This document shows positions 1 to 8,072 of a stretch of 19,904 bases of DNA, one piece after another (the first letter of the stretch is position 1; the number at the start of each line of letters is the position of its first letter). The stretch covers positions 1 to 19,904 of IMG/VR virus record IMGVR_UViG_3300006147_000008; one strand, given 5' to 3'. The stretch is from a virus (lineage: Duplodnaviria; Heunggongvirae; Uroviricota; Caudoviricetes). The position numbers and the translations under genes are program-made. The notes under the pieces are model-generated. The model was not told the DNA's origin and did no database searches. It saw only the letters and a list, made by a program, of their open reading frames with translations.

Positions 1-54
1 ACGTAGTATTAGACACGCACCTACAAGACATCTATGCGGAGGGCGAATAAAATT

Positions 55-1230
55 ATGACAAGCGAAGAGCGCCGAGAGGCGCGTTACCAGCGCCGTCAGG
101 CACGACGGCAGGCCAATAGGCAAAAGCGGAGTGATGCGGTAGGATCGCTTAACGAAATCTACAACTACCATGATATGTTCTTTTATGGGAAAGAGTGCTG
201 TAAGGGTGTTCGTTGGAAGCAGAGCACTCAGAATTTTGAAATGCACTTGCTCTCTGGAACGGCAAAGAGGCGTCAGATGGTGGTTAGCGGAAAATGGAAA
301 CCGCAGCCTTGTTCTCACTTCATGCTCTGTGAGAGAGGGAAGGTTCGCCCCATCGACGCCCCTCATATCGTAGACCGGCAAATTCATAAGGTAGAGAGCA
401 ATAAGATCCTGATTCCGCTATATGAGCCAAGCATGATAACTGACAACGCGGCCAGTCAGAAGAACAAAGGATTGCATTGGCAATTTCGTCGGCTCAAAGA
501 GCAGCTTGCATGGCACTATCGGCGGTATGGGCGTGAGGGTGCAGTGTTCCTTATGGATTTGAAGAAATTCTTCCCGAATGCCAACCGTCAGCTGATATAC
601 CAGCGGCACAGCAAAGTGATGTTGAACCCAGAAGTCCGGGCGTTTGCGGATTACATTGTCAGAACGGCACCAGCTACGGCACCTGGCCGTGGTATGCCAT
701 TGGGTGTGGAGCCAAGCCAACAGGAAATGGTGGCGCTTCCCAGCGCTGTTGACAACTACATCAAGTGTCAGCTGGGGATACATTGTGCTGGTCATTATAT
801 GGATGACTACTATATCATTCTGCCTGATATTGAGGAGCTGAAAAAGATCGCTCGTGAGATTGTCAGGATGATGGAGTCTTATGGCATCCGTGTCAACCGG
901 CGCAAATGCAAAATTGTTCCGCTTTCAAGTCCCAAGGGCTTTCGTTTCTGTAAGGCGAGATTCACCTTGACGGAGACAGGTAAAATTAAGCTCAATGGAA
1001 ATCGAGCTGGAATGAAAAGCGCCAGACGTAAGCTGAAACTGTTTCATCGTGAATATCTGGAGGGCAAGCGTACACTCGCTGATATTGACCAGTTTATGGA
1101 ATGTCAGACAGCGTATTATCGGAACTACAATGACCATGGGCGACTTCTTCGGCTGAGGAGGCTACACTACGCCCTATTTAACAAGTATAGGCAGCAAGAG
1201 CAACAAGAGTTGCTTAAACGAACAGCTTGA
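55..1230 (+). CDS. Reverse transcriptase, diversity-generating retroelement (DGR) type
   Basis: YMDD catalytic motif (GHYMDDYYI), LGxxxSQ motif (PLGVEPSQ) typical of DGR RTs, DLKKFF motif, ~390 aa with no endonuclease domain. Start placed at ATG 55 after GGAGGG (ORF track starts at 34). Confidence 0.85.
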   Translation: MTSEERREARYQRRQARRQANRQKRSDAVGSLNEIYNYHDMFFYGKECCKGVRWKQSTQNFEMHLLSGTAKRRQMVVSGKWKPQPCSHFMLCERGKVRPIDAPHIVDRQIHKVESNKILIPLYEPSMITDNAASQKNKGLHWQFRRLKEQLAWHYRRYGREGAVFLMDLKKFFPNANRQLIYQRHSKVMLNPEVRAFADYIVRTAPATAPGRGMPLGVEPSQQEMVALPSAVDNYIKCQLGIHCAGHYMDDYYIILPDIEELKKIAREIVRMMESYGIRVNRRKCKIVPLSSPKGFRFCKARFTLTETGKIKLNGNRAGMKSARRKLKLFHREYLEGKRTLADIDQFMECQTAYYRNYNDHGRLLRLRRLHYALFNKYRQQEQQELLKRTA

Positions 1231-1245
1231 ATATCTGAAATCAAC

Positions 1246-1276
1246 AAACACCTGAAGCATAAGCTCCAGGTGTTTT
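1246..1276 (+). terminator. Hairpin downstream of RT, probable (possibly bidirectional) intrinsic terminator
   Basis: AAACACCTGAAGC-ATAA-GCTCCAGGTGTTT: 13-bp stem with one mismatch, T-rich tails on both strands. Confidence 0.5.
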
Positions 1277-1298
1277 GCTATGTTTGGAGGAATTTTCT

Positions 1299-1697
1299 GT
1301 GGAACACAAAAATTATGTTGTGAAAAAACGGGCACGGTTCACGGGAATTAGTGGCGATGTGAACATCCCCTATGGGGCGCACTTGGAGGCGCAGAACGGT
1401 TATTTGTTGTGGGACGGGAAGCCAGTATGCGCAGCAAACAGTCAAAATGGGTTGGATCACTTTGCCAATAATGATGATGGACGGGGAGAGGAACGTGGGA
1501 GGCTGACTACCGAAATTATCTCTATGTTGATCAAGAGAAACGAGAACTATCAGGCCAGGTGGAATAAGGTATGGGAAGATAAACTCTGTCAAAAGTACCG
1601 CATGGCTGAACATGAAGACTATTGGTTCTGGAACTGTGAGTTTTATGCTGCTCCTATTGAAGATTTGCAGTATATCAGGAAACTTATCACGATTTGA
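1299..1697 (+). CDS. Hypothetical phage protein directly downstream of the DGR RT
   Basis: GTG start 8 nt after GGAGG; 132 aa; Trp-rich C-terminus (RWNKVWEDKLCQ...YWFWNCEFY). Confidence 0.75.
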   Translation: MEHKNYVVKKRARFTGISGDVNIPYGAHLEAQNGYLLWDGKPVCAANSQNGLDHFANNDDGRGEERGRLTTEIISMLIKRNENYQARWNKVWEDKLCQKYRMAEHEDYWFWNCEFYAAPIEDLQYIRKLITI

Positions 1698-1713
1698 GAA
1701 AGGAAGTGGGTGT

Positions 1714-1983
1714 ATGTATCAGGTCATCAAAGATAACACAGTGATGGCATACGTGGACGATCCCGTCTTTATCCGTATGCACACAAACGGCTGCTATGTA
1801 GCTACTACTGAGGACGAGGCACAGGGCATCGCCATCCAGAGCACGCCGTACCATATCCTTGGCAGGGAGGAGCTTCCAGGTGCGGTTGCGACTGTGATGA
1901 TCGTGAAAATCGACGGTGGCATTCTCGCGGCGGAACAAAAGCGTGCGATTGACGGGCTGATCGTGAACATTTTGGAGGGTTGA
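1714..1983 (+). CDS. Hypothetical tail-associated protein (89 aa)
   Basis: ATG 1714 after AAGGAAG; tightly packed with its neighbours. Confidence 0.7.
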   Translation: MYQVIKDNTVMAYVDDPVFIRMHTNGCYVATTEDEAQGIAIQSTPYHILGREELPGAVATVMIVKIDGGILAAEQKRAIDGLIVNILEG

Positions 1984-1986
1984 GTT

Positions 1987-2580
1987 ATGGACAAGAATTA
2001 CATTGCGCAGCTGTACCACGACAAGACAATCACCAGTAAGGGTGTGTTGAACGCCATCACCAAAGGATGGATCACGATTGCAGATGCGGTGGATATCTTC
2101 GGTGATGACAATACAGTGGAGACGGTACGGGCGGCGAAGCTCATGGAGATTTCCAAAGTCTGCAATACCGTGATTGTGGCCGGCGTGGACGTGCCTGTGG
2201 GCGACCAGTCTCAGGGTGCCCATATGGAGCACTTTAACCTGTCTTTGGAAGACCAGAGCAATATCAACAACCTGTTTCGGGTTGTTGAGCTGGGCGGCAC
2301 CGAGTTTCCGTATCAGGCGGACGACGGGAGCTGCAAGGTCTACTCTGCCACCGAGATTGCGGCTATCTACATTGCAGCTCAGACTTTGATCACCACTCAG
2401 ACGGCGTATCACAATGCACTGAAAGCCTACGTCAATGTTTTGACGGAGAGTGAGGAAATCGCTGCCATTCAGTACGGGATGGAGCTGCCGGAACCGTTCG
2501 CCTCTGAGCTGGCATCCAAGCTGGCGGTCGCTCAGGTTCAGATGGAGGCCATTATGAACCGGCTTGGTGGTAACGCATGA
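1987..2580 (+). CDS. DUF4376-like tail-associated protein with an XkdX-like N-terminus
   Basis: N-terminal 'VLNAITKGWIT' resembles XkdX-type peptides; 'AAKLMEISKVCN..I..G...HF.LSLEDQ.N' resembles DUF4376 (recognised by eye). Confidence 0.6.
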   Translation: MDKNYIAQLYHDKTITSKGVLNAITKGWITIADAVDIFGDDNTVETVRAAKLMEISKVCNTVIVAGVDVPVGDQSQGAHMEHFNLSLEDQSNINNLFRVVELGGTEFPYQADDGSCKVYSATEIAAIYIAAQTLITTQTAYHNALKAYVNVLTESEEIAAIQYGMELPEPFASELASKLAVAQVQMEAIMNRLGGNA

Positions 2581-2747
2581 GCTTTGACCTGCTTATTTCA
2601 GACCTGACGAACATTTGCGTTTACCAGTCAGAGGTTATCAAAGCACAAGCTCGTGCGCTTGAGGAGCTTGGTGTAGAGGTAATCAAAAAGGAAGATATGG
2701 AGCATCTGAATGAGTTGTGTGATACCATTAAAAATTGGAGGACGTGA
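2577..2747 (+). CDS. Small hypothetical protein (56 aa, MSFDLLISDL...KNWRT)
   Basis: ATGA overlap with the upstream stop; fills the gap exactly; below the ORF-track cutoff. Confidence 0.6.
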   Translation: MSFDLLISDLTNICVYQSEVIKAQARALEELGVEVIKKEDMEHLNELCDTIKNWRT

Positions 2748-2753
2748 TACACG

Positions 2754-3203
2754 ATGAGCAGGAGTCGTATGAGCAAGTGGGTTCTGTCCATGCTTCTGTG
2801 GATGTGGACAGGGGGAGTGTACTTTTTCATGGAGGTTGCATGGAAAACATTCCAAGGCAGACCGGAAACGATTTCTTGGACGATGTTTGTCCTCGCCATC
2901 TTCCTCGCTATTCCGTTGGAACGGTTCGGGGCGGAGCTGCCCTGGAATATGCCGCTCATCGCACAGGCGGCTATCTGCACCGTTGGCATTACGGCGGCGG
3001 AGTTTGTTGCCGGACTTATCATCAATGTCTGGTTGGGCATGGGCGTCTGGGATTACTCCGCCATGCCAGGGAATGTAATGGGGCAGATCTGCCCGCAGTT
3101 TATCGGCCTGTGGCTGATCCTCTCCCACGTGGGTATTATCATGCTGGACTGGCTGAGGTATGTTGTGGAGGGCGGAGAGAGGCCGCATTACACGTTTGTG
3201 TGA
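2754..3203 (+). CDS. Membrane protein of the 'putative ABC transporter permease' (PF06541-like) family
   Basis: Four hydrophobic segments; motifs GGVYFFMEV, SWTMF, E...G.IIN.WLGMGVWDYS..PGN.MGQICPQF. Confidence 0.75.
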   Translation: MSRSRMSKWVLSMLLWMWTGGVYFFMEVAWKTFQGRPETISWTMFVLAIFLAIPLERFGAELPWNMPLIAQAAICTVGITAAEFVAGLIINVWLGMGVWDYSAMPGNVMGQICPQFIGLWLILSHVGIIMLDWLRYVVEGGERPHYTFV

Positions 3204-3226
3204 ATGAGAGATTTGGTGGTGATGTT

Positions 3227-3421
3227 ATGACGCAAATGGTAGGAGTAATCAATGAAAGATTGTCCATCAACGGAGAATTTGTTGAATGGCCGCACAGGTC
3301 ATCGAATAAGTGTATTTCGCAACATGGCAACAAAGTATATGTAGATGGTTTTGAGTGGACAGGTACAGAGTGGAAAAGAACATTGCTTGCAATGTGGCAC
3401 TACTTATTGTGCTTTCTTTAA
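3227..3421 (+). CDS. Hypothetical protein (64 aa)
   Basis: ATG 3227 after GGTGGTG; 3' part of track ORF 2735..3421. Confidence 0.55.
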   Translation: MTQMVGVINERLSINGEFVEWPHRSSNKCISQHGNKVYVDGFEWTGTEWKRTLLAMWHYLLCFL

Positions 3422-3461
3422 TGTGAAAATAAGTTCGCTCTGAAAAAGGAGGGAGGTCATC

Positions 3462-3662
3462 ATGTATAAGATCATGCTTCTGGTTCGTGACTCTGAGACG
3501 AAGCCACTCTGGACGGAGTACCGGGAGGACGGCACTGTCTTTGAGACGGACGATATGGATGCGCTGGTGGAGAAGGTCAGGGAGCTTTTTGACCGCTACA
3601 CACGCACCCAGATCCGTGTCGTTCAGGATATGAGCTACACACTGGACATCCTGTTCGACTAA
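3462..3662 (+). CDS. Hypothetical protein (66 aa)
   Basis: Strong RBS AGGAGGGAGG before the ATG. Confidence 0.7.
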   Translation: MYKIMLLVRDSETKPLWTEYREDGTVFETDDMDALVEKVRELFDRYTRTQIRVVQDMSYTLDILFD

Positions 3663-3677
3663 TTCTCATACACAATC

Positions 3678-3706
3678 TTCCATTCTGCGTCAAGCTGTGG
3701 TATACT
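3678..3706 (+). promoter_or_regulatory. sigmaA-like promoter with extended -10
   Basis: TTCCAT-17 nt-TATACT with TGTG-N directly upstream of the -10. Confidence 0.55.
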
Positions 3707-3725
3707 GCCCTTGGAGGTGGTATGT

Positions 3726-4121
3726 ATGTCGGACGATAGACCCGATTTCCTGAAAAAGTTGGGGTTGACCCAAGAAGAGTTTGACGCAGAGTTGGAGGAG
3801 GCTGCGGAGGAATACGATGAAATCCACCTCCCAAGGGTGGATTTCCAAAAAGCGCAGCAGTTCCAAGAGCTGTGCAGTGCCATCTATAAGTTCCAACAGA
3901 ACTGTGAGAGCGTCAAGAAGGTGACTGGCGATCTTCTCTTCCCAAAGGAACATAATCAGATGATCAACGTTAAAATGGGCCAAGTCAACCTACTGAGAAA
4001 GGAAGAAGCAGAGCTGTTGATGCGGTGCGTTGATTTGGCAGACCATGTTCAAGTTTCGTCGCCGCCCAATTCCAAGTGTGTCTATTTTAGTTTCACGGTG
4101 GAGAATGTGTATCTCGAATAG
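3726..4121 (+). CDS. Acidic hypothetical protein (131 aa), moron-like
   Basis: ATG 3726 after GGAGGTGG; own promoter upstream and terminator downstream; very acidic N-terminus (EEFDAELEEAAEEYDE). Confidence 0.75.
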   Translation: MSDDRPDFLKKLGLTQEEFDAELEEAAEEYDEIHLPRVDFQKAQQFQELCSAIYKFQQNCESVKKVTGDLLFPKEHNQMINVKMGQVNLLRKEEAELLMRCVDLADHVQVSSPPNSKCVYFSFTVENVYLE

Positions 4122-4136
4122 CTAATCAGTCAACAC

Positions 4137-4170
4137 GAGTCGTATCCGAAAGGGTACGGCTCTTTCTTTA
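4137..4170 (+). terminator. Intrinsic terminator
   Basis: GAGTCGTATCC-GAAA-GGGTACGGCTC (11-bp stem with G:U pairs, GNRA loop) followed by TTTCTTT. Confidence 0.8.
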
Positions 4171-4189
4171 TGCCCATAGGGAGGAGGTT

Positions 4190-5221
4190 ATGGCTATGGG
4201 ACGAAAAACCAAGCAAAACAAAATTACCAGCCCTGAGCTGATCGCGCAGATCAATCCTAAGAACAAACGGCTCATGAAAGACTTCCTGGACTATCTGCGG
4301 TCAGTGGGCAAGGCAGAGACTACCATTAAGGCGTACACCAGCGACCTTAACATCTTCTTTGTGTGGGCGCTCCAGAACGCCGACAATAAGTATTTTCCCG
4401 AAATCACCAAACGGGATATTGTGTCTTACCAGAACTACCTGATGCAGGACAACGAAAACTCTCCCGCTCGTGTACGCCGGCTGAAGGCTACGCTGTCTTC
4501 CCTCAGCAACTATATCGAGGCAATTCTGGATGATGAGCTACCCAACTTCAAGCCCATTGTGCGGAAGATTGAAAACCCCGTCAATGAGGCTGTGCGGGAG
4601 AAAACCGTATTGACCGACGAGCAGGCTGATACTCTGCTGAACTACTTGGTGGAGCACAAGAAGTTTGATAAGGCGTGCTGCTTCGCACTGGCCCGGTACT
4701 CTGGGCGGCGCAAGTCTGAGCTGGTGCGGTTCAAGGTGAGCTATTTTGCTGACGAGAACATCATTCATGGCTCCCTCTATCGGACACCGGAGAAGGTTCG
4801 GACGAAGGGAAAGGGCAAGAACGGCAAGATGCTGACTTGCTATGTTCTCTCCAAGCCCTTCAAGCCCTACTTCGATCTCTGGATGGAGGAGCGGGAGCGG
4901 CTGGGGATCAAGAGCGAGTGGCTGTTCCCTGACGGGGATGACCCTACTCAGCCACTGCCCATCTCCACGCTGAACAGCTGGGCGGAAACGTTCTCCAATA
5001 TTCTGGGTGTCCCCATGTACTGGCACGCCATGCGGCACTTCTTCACCACCTACCTTGCCAAGGCCAATCTGCCCGACTCCGCCATCAAGACTATCATCGG
5101 CTGGGAGAGCTTGGAGATGGTGGAGATCTACAAGGATATTGACGGTGAGGAAGAAATCGGGAAGTTCTTCAAAGACGGAGAAATCGTTGGGGCGGAACAG
5201 AGTAATCTGTCGGATTTGTAA
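4190..5221 (+). CDS. Tyrosine recombinase (phage integrase / Xer family)
   Basis: N-terminal SAM-like core-binding region (TTIKAYTSDL) and catalytic residues R (SGRRKSEL), HxxR (HAMRH), W (IIGWES) and Y (EIY). Confidence 0.9.
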   Translation: MAMGRKTKQNKITSPELIAQINPKNKRLMKDFLDYLRSVGKAETTIKAYTSDLNIFFVWALQNADNKYFPEITKRDIVSYQNYLMQDNENSPARVRRLKATLSSLSNYIEAILDDELPNFKPIVRKIENPVNEAVREKTVLTDEQADTLLNYLVEHKKFDKACCFALARYSGRRKSELVRFKVSYFADENIIHGSLYRTPEKVRTKGKGKNGKMLTCYVLSKPFKPYFDLWMEERERLGIKSEWLFPDGDDPTQPLPISTLNSWAETFSNILGVPMYWHAMRHFFTTYLAKANLPDSAIKTIIGWESLEMVEIYKDIDGEEEIGKFFKDGEIVGAEQSNLSDL

Positions 5222-5231
5222 GGAGGCCAAT

Positions 5232-5972
5232 ATGTATGCGGTAGAAATCTGGGGATATTTTCAAGCGAAGGGGTTGACCGTTTATGGCATCGCTGGCTTG
5301 ATGGGCAACCTCTATGCCGAGAGCGGGCTGAACCCACGAAATCTTCAAAATACCTATGAGAAGTCTCTGCACTTTACCGATGCGTCCTATACCGCTGCAG
5401 TGGATAACGGCACCTACACCAACTTTGTATATGACAAGGCGGGCTATGGGCTGGCGCAGTGGACGTACTGGTCGCGGAAACAGGCACTTCTGGCGTTTGC
5501 AAAAGCGGCTGGTAAGTCTATCGGTGATCTGCATATGCAGCTGGATTTCCTCTGGAAGGAGCTGACGGAGAGCTATCCTGGTGTGCTGGCCGTGTTGAGG
5601 TCTGCTACCTCTGTGCTGGAGGCGTCCAATGCTGTGTTGCTTAATTTCGAGAAACCGGCAAGTAAGGACACCATCGAAACTCAAACGAGGCGGGCGGGTT
5701 ATGGTCAGATGTACTATGACCAGTTTGTTACCCAGCAAGAGGAGTTATCCCTGGTAGAGTTTAAGGAGCTTTATCGGGCCATGAGAAGTGAGCTACAAGA
5801 CAATGATGCGGGCGAGTGGAGTGCCGAAGCGCGGCAGTGGGCAGTCGGCCATGGATTGGTTGCCGGTAGTGGAACCGAAATCAATGGTCAGCCCAACTAT
5901 ATGTGGCAGGATCTCCTAACAAGGGAGCAGCTTGTCACGATGCTTTATCGCTTTGCAGAAATGATGAGGTGA
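5232..5972 (+). CDS. Lysozyme-family (phage tail lysozyme, PF18013-like) cell-wall hydrolase with an SLH-like C-terminal domain
   Basis: AGLMGNLYAESGLNP and GYGLAQWT motifs; ATG 5232 after AGGAGG; C-terminal WS..ARQWAV..GLV.G...TREQLVTMLYRF. Confidence 0.85.
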   Translation: MYAVEIWGYFQAKGLTVYGIAGLMGNLYAESGLNPRNLQNTYEKSLHFTDASYTAAVDNGTYTNFVYDKAGYGLAQWTYWSRKQALLAFAKAAGKSIGDLHMQLDFLWKELTESYPGVLAVLRSATSVLEASNAVLLNFEKPASKDTIETQTRRAGYGQMYYDQFVTQQEELSLVEFKELYRAMRSELQDNDAGEWSAEARQWAVGHGLVAGSGTEINGQPNYMWQDLLTREQLVTMLYRFAEMMR

Positions 5973-5977
5973 GAACT

Positions 5978-6259
5978 ATGGTCAATCTAAAAGACATTGT
6001 TGCACGTGGCGGTTATCTGGTGGATGGTGCCACTGGTGAGAAGGTCATCTTTTATGAGTGTGACCCCGCGAAAAACACGGTTTGCGATAAGCAAATCTGT
6101 CGAGCTGACGGTGCAGAAAATGATGGTGGGTTGGGGCTGTGCTCCAAAACACTTGATCCACGCTTCCGTAAAGACGGAGGCAGGGCATGGTATGCCGTCC
6201 AGAAAACTCCTGATGAGGGGGAGCCGTACTGGGGCAGAGAGTATATCGAGGTGAAGTGA
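5978..6259 (+). CDS. Hypothetical protein (93 aa) containing a YECDP.KN..C.K..C motif
   Basis: ATG 5978 after GAGGTG; lies between the two lysin genes. Confidence 0.7.
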   Translation: MVNLKDIVARGGYLVDGATGEKVIFYECDPAKNTVCDKQICRADGAENDGGLGLCSKTLDPRFRKDGGRAWYAVQKTPDEGEPYWGREYIEVK

Positions 6260-6260
6260 G

Positions 6261-7133
6261 ATGATGACGGTTCAAGAGTGTATTCAGTATGTGGAGAGCC
6301 ATCTGGAGATCCGTACTGCCACTGAGAACGGTGCGTATACCTGTGGCCGTACCATTGTCCCTAACGGAGCAGTAAACCACTCTGTTGGCTGTGCCCAGCC
6401 CAACCCCGATGTCTTCTTTAAGAATATGAACAAGGGCAGTGCCGGCTGGGGTGTGAATGCAATCATCGGTGGGTTCCATCAGGGCGAGGGAAAGATCATT
6501 CTTTGCCTGCGCTTTGACAAAAACACCAAGAGATGCAGTCGTAACTGGGGTGTTGGATCTGGGAAGAAGGGCAGCTGGAACAACACCCGTATCCAGTGGG
6601 AGATCTGTGAACCTGCGGGACACACCTATGCCGGAGGCACCATGATTGGATACGATGTGGCAAAGAACCAGCCCTTCTTCGACCGGATGTGGAAGATGGT
6701 CGTGGCGTGGAATGTGTATTGCGCCAAGATCTTTGGATACGACCCATGTATGATCGGCGATCATGCTGAGAGCTATAAAGCGGGCATGGGAGGAAATCAC
6801 GGAGATGTTGCCCATTGGTGGCCCAAACATGGCAAAACCATGGATGATCTGCGGGCGGAGGTAAAAGCAATTTTGAATGCAGAAACGGAGGATGATGACA
6901 TGGATGTGAAGCGTTTCAAAGAACTGTACAATGAGATGCGTAAGGAGCTGCAGGACAATGACGCCGGTACGTGGAGCGCTCAGGCGCGGGAGTGGGCTAT
7001 CTCCACTGGCCTTGTGGTTGGTGGTGACAAGTTGCCCGATGGTTCACCCAACTATATGTGGGCTGACAGCATGACCCGTGAACAGCTGGTGACTGTTCTC
7101 TTCCGCTTCGCCAAAATGCTGGGCAAGGCATAA
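6261..7133 (+). CDS. Endolysin, N-acetylmuramoyl-L-alanine amidase (Amidase_2-like) with an SLH-like C-terminal domain
   Basis: Candidate Zn/catalytic residues in NHSVG, QWEICE, GDHAE and NHGD; C-terminal domain paralogous to that of 5232..5972. Confidence 0.85.
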   Translation: MMTVQECIQYVESHLEIRTATENGAYTCGRTIVPNGAVNHSVGCAQPNPDVFFKNMNKGSAGWGVNAIIGGFHQGEGKIILCLRFDKNTKRCSRNWGVGSGKKGSWNNTRIQWEICEPAGHTYAGGTMIGYDVAKNQPFFDRMWKMVVAWNVYCAKIFGYDPCMIGDHAESYKAGMGGNHGDVAHWWPKHGKTMDDLRAEVKAILNAETEDDDMDVKRFKELYNEMRKELQDNDAGTWSAQAREWAISTGLVVGGDKLPDGSPNYMWADSMTREQLVTVLFRFAKMLGKA

Positions 7134-7144
7134 GAGGTGACAGT

Positions 7145-7483
7145 ATGGTTGTTTTCGGTGGAGGCGGGAAAAGGCTGGCAAAGCCCAAAACAGCCAAAAA
7201 GGACTTTTCCAAACGGCTGATTTCGGACATTAGATGGCTGCTATGGGTGGTGACTCTTGGAGGCATCATCCTGGCAGCTTATTGTGTTCGTAAAGGGTAT
7301 ACCGGCTCCCTACCATGGCTGAGTGCTATGGTGGGGCTTCCTTGGACTGCTCATGGTGTCGTGTGTTCATTCTATCTCAATATGGCGAAGTCAGATCATA
7401 GCGAGGGTGGTATCACTTTTGAGTCTGCCAAGGCAAGTAATTTTGAGATGGATACCGGCAGTGATGAAAGCCCGATGATTTGA
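7145..7483 (+). CDS. Two-TM membrane protein (holin-like)
   Basis: Basic N-terminus, two hydrophobic helices, acidic tail; located in the lysis cassette. Confidence 0.6.
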   Translation: MVVFGGGGKRLAKPKTAKKDFSKRLISDIRWLLWVVTLGGIILAAYCVRKGYTGSLPWLSAMVGLPWTAHGVVCSFYLNMAKSDHSEGGITFESAKASNFEMDTGSDESPMI

Positions 7484-7497
7484 TAAGGAGAAAGAAC

Positions 7498-7791
7498 ATG
7501 ATTCGACTTTTTATTTCCCAGCCCATGCGGGGGAGATCCGATGAAGAGATTGCCGCAGAGCGGGAGTATGCGAAACTCGCCGCCGAAAGGATTTTGAAAG
7601 AGGAAGTTGAGGTGATCGACAGCTTCTTTCAGGGCGGCGATATGAAGCCTTTGGAGTATCTGGGCGAAAGCCTGAAACTCTTGGCTGGTGCTGACTGGGT
7701 ATGGTTTTGTGATGGATGGGATGAAGCTCGTGGGTGCAAGGTTGAGAATACCTGTGCCCGCGAGTATGGTATCGGCATCCTTCACGCATAA
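7498..7791 (+). CDS. DUF4406-like / nucleoside 2-deoxyribosyltransferase-fold protein
   Basis: LFISQPMRG...L..AD.V.F..GW..ARGC..E motif pattern; ATG 7498 after AAGGAG. Confidence 0.7.
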   Translation: MIRLFISQPMRGRSDEEIAAEREYAKLAAERILKEEVEVIDSFFQGGDMKPLEYLGESLKLLAGADWVWFCDGWDEARGCKVENTCAREYGIGILHA

Positions 7792-7826
7792 AGCACATCA
7801 ATCGAGAAAAAGGAGGAGGGATAGAC

Positions 7827-8072
7827 ATGGAGTTTTTGCGTAAACTGAGCAGCCGCAAACTATGGGCTGCGGTGGCTGGAGTGGTTACTGGCCTTGCTAT
7901 GGTATTCGGCCTGGACGAGGGTATCATCACCAGCGTTTCCGGTGCTGTGGTCGCCTTGACCTCTGTTGTGACCTACATCGTCACTGAGGGGCGGATTGAC
8001 AAGGAGGCTGTGGGCAATGCGGCGGAGAAGGTACAGGATGCAATCGACGAGGTGACTGGCAATGACGCTTAA
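7827..8072 (+). CDS. Holin-like protein
   Basis: 81 aa, KLSSRKLW followed by two TM helices and a charged C-terminus; strong RBS. Confidence 0.7.
   Translation: MEFLRKLSSRKLWAAVAGVVTGLAMVFGLDEGIITSVSGAVVALTSVVTYIVTEGRIDKEAVGNAAEKVQDAIDEVTGNDA

Noticed and set aside
34-1230. RT as a group II intron or retron RT
   Set aside because: No maturase/endonuclease extension or intron-like 3' end is evident, and the retron VTG motif is absent; LGxxxSQ and the tail-gene context favour a DGR.
2735-3226. 228-aa ORF 2735..3421
   Set aside because: The 5' part is an alternate frame of the membrane-protein gene; only 3227..3421 has its own RBS and free space.
5007-5231. N-terminal extension of the lysozyme ORF (321 aa in the track)
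   Set aside because: It overlaps the tyrosine recombinase in another frame; a strong RBS precedes ATG 5232.
1687-6830. Long antisense ORFs (1687..2412, 4538..5230, 5169..5738, 6045..6830)
   Set aside because: They shadow well-supported + strand genes and show no recognisable motifs.
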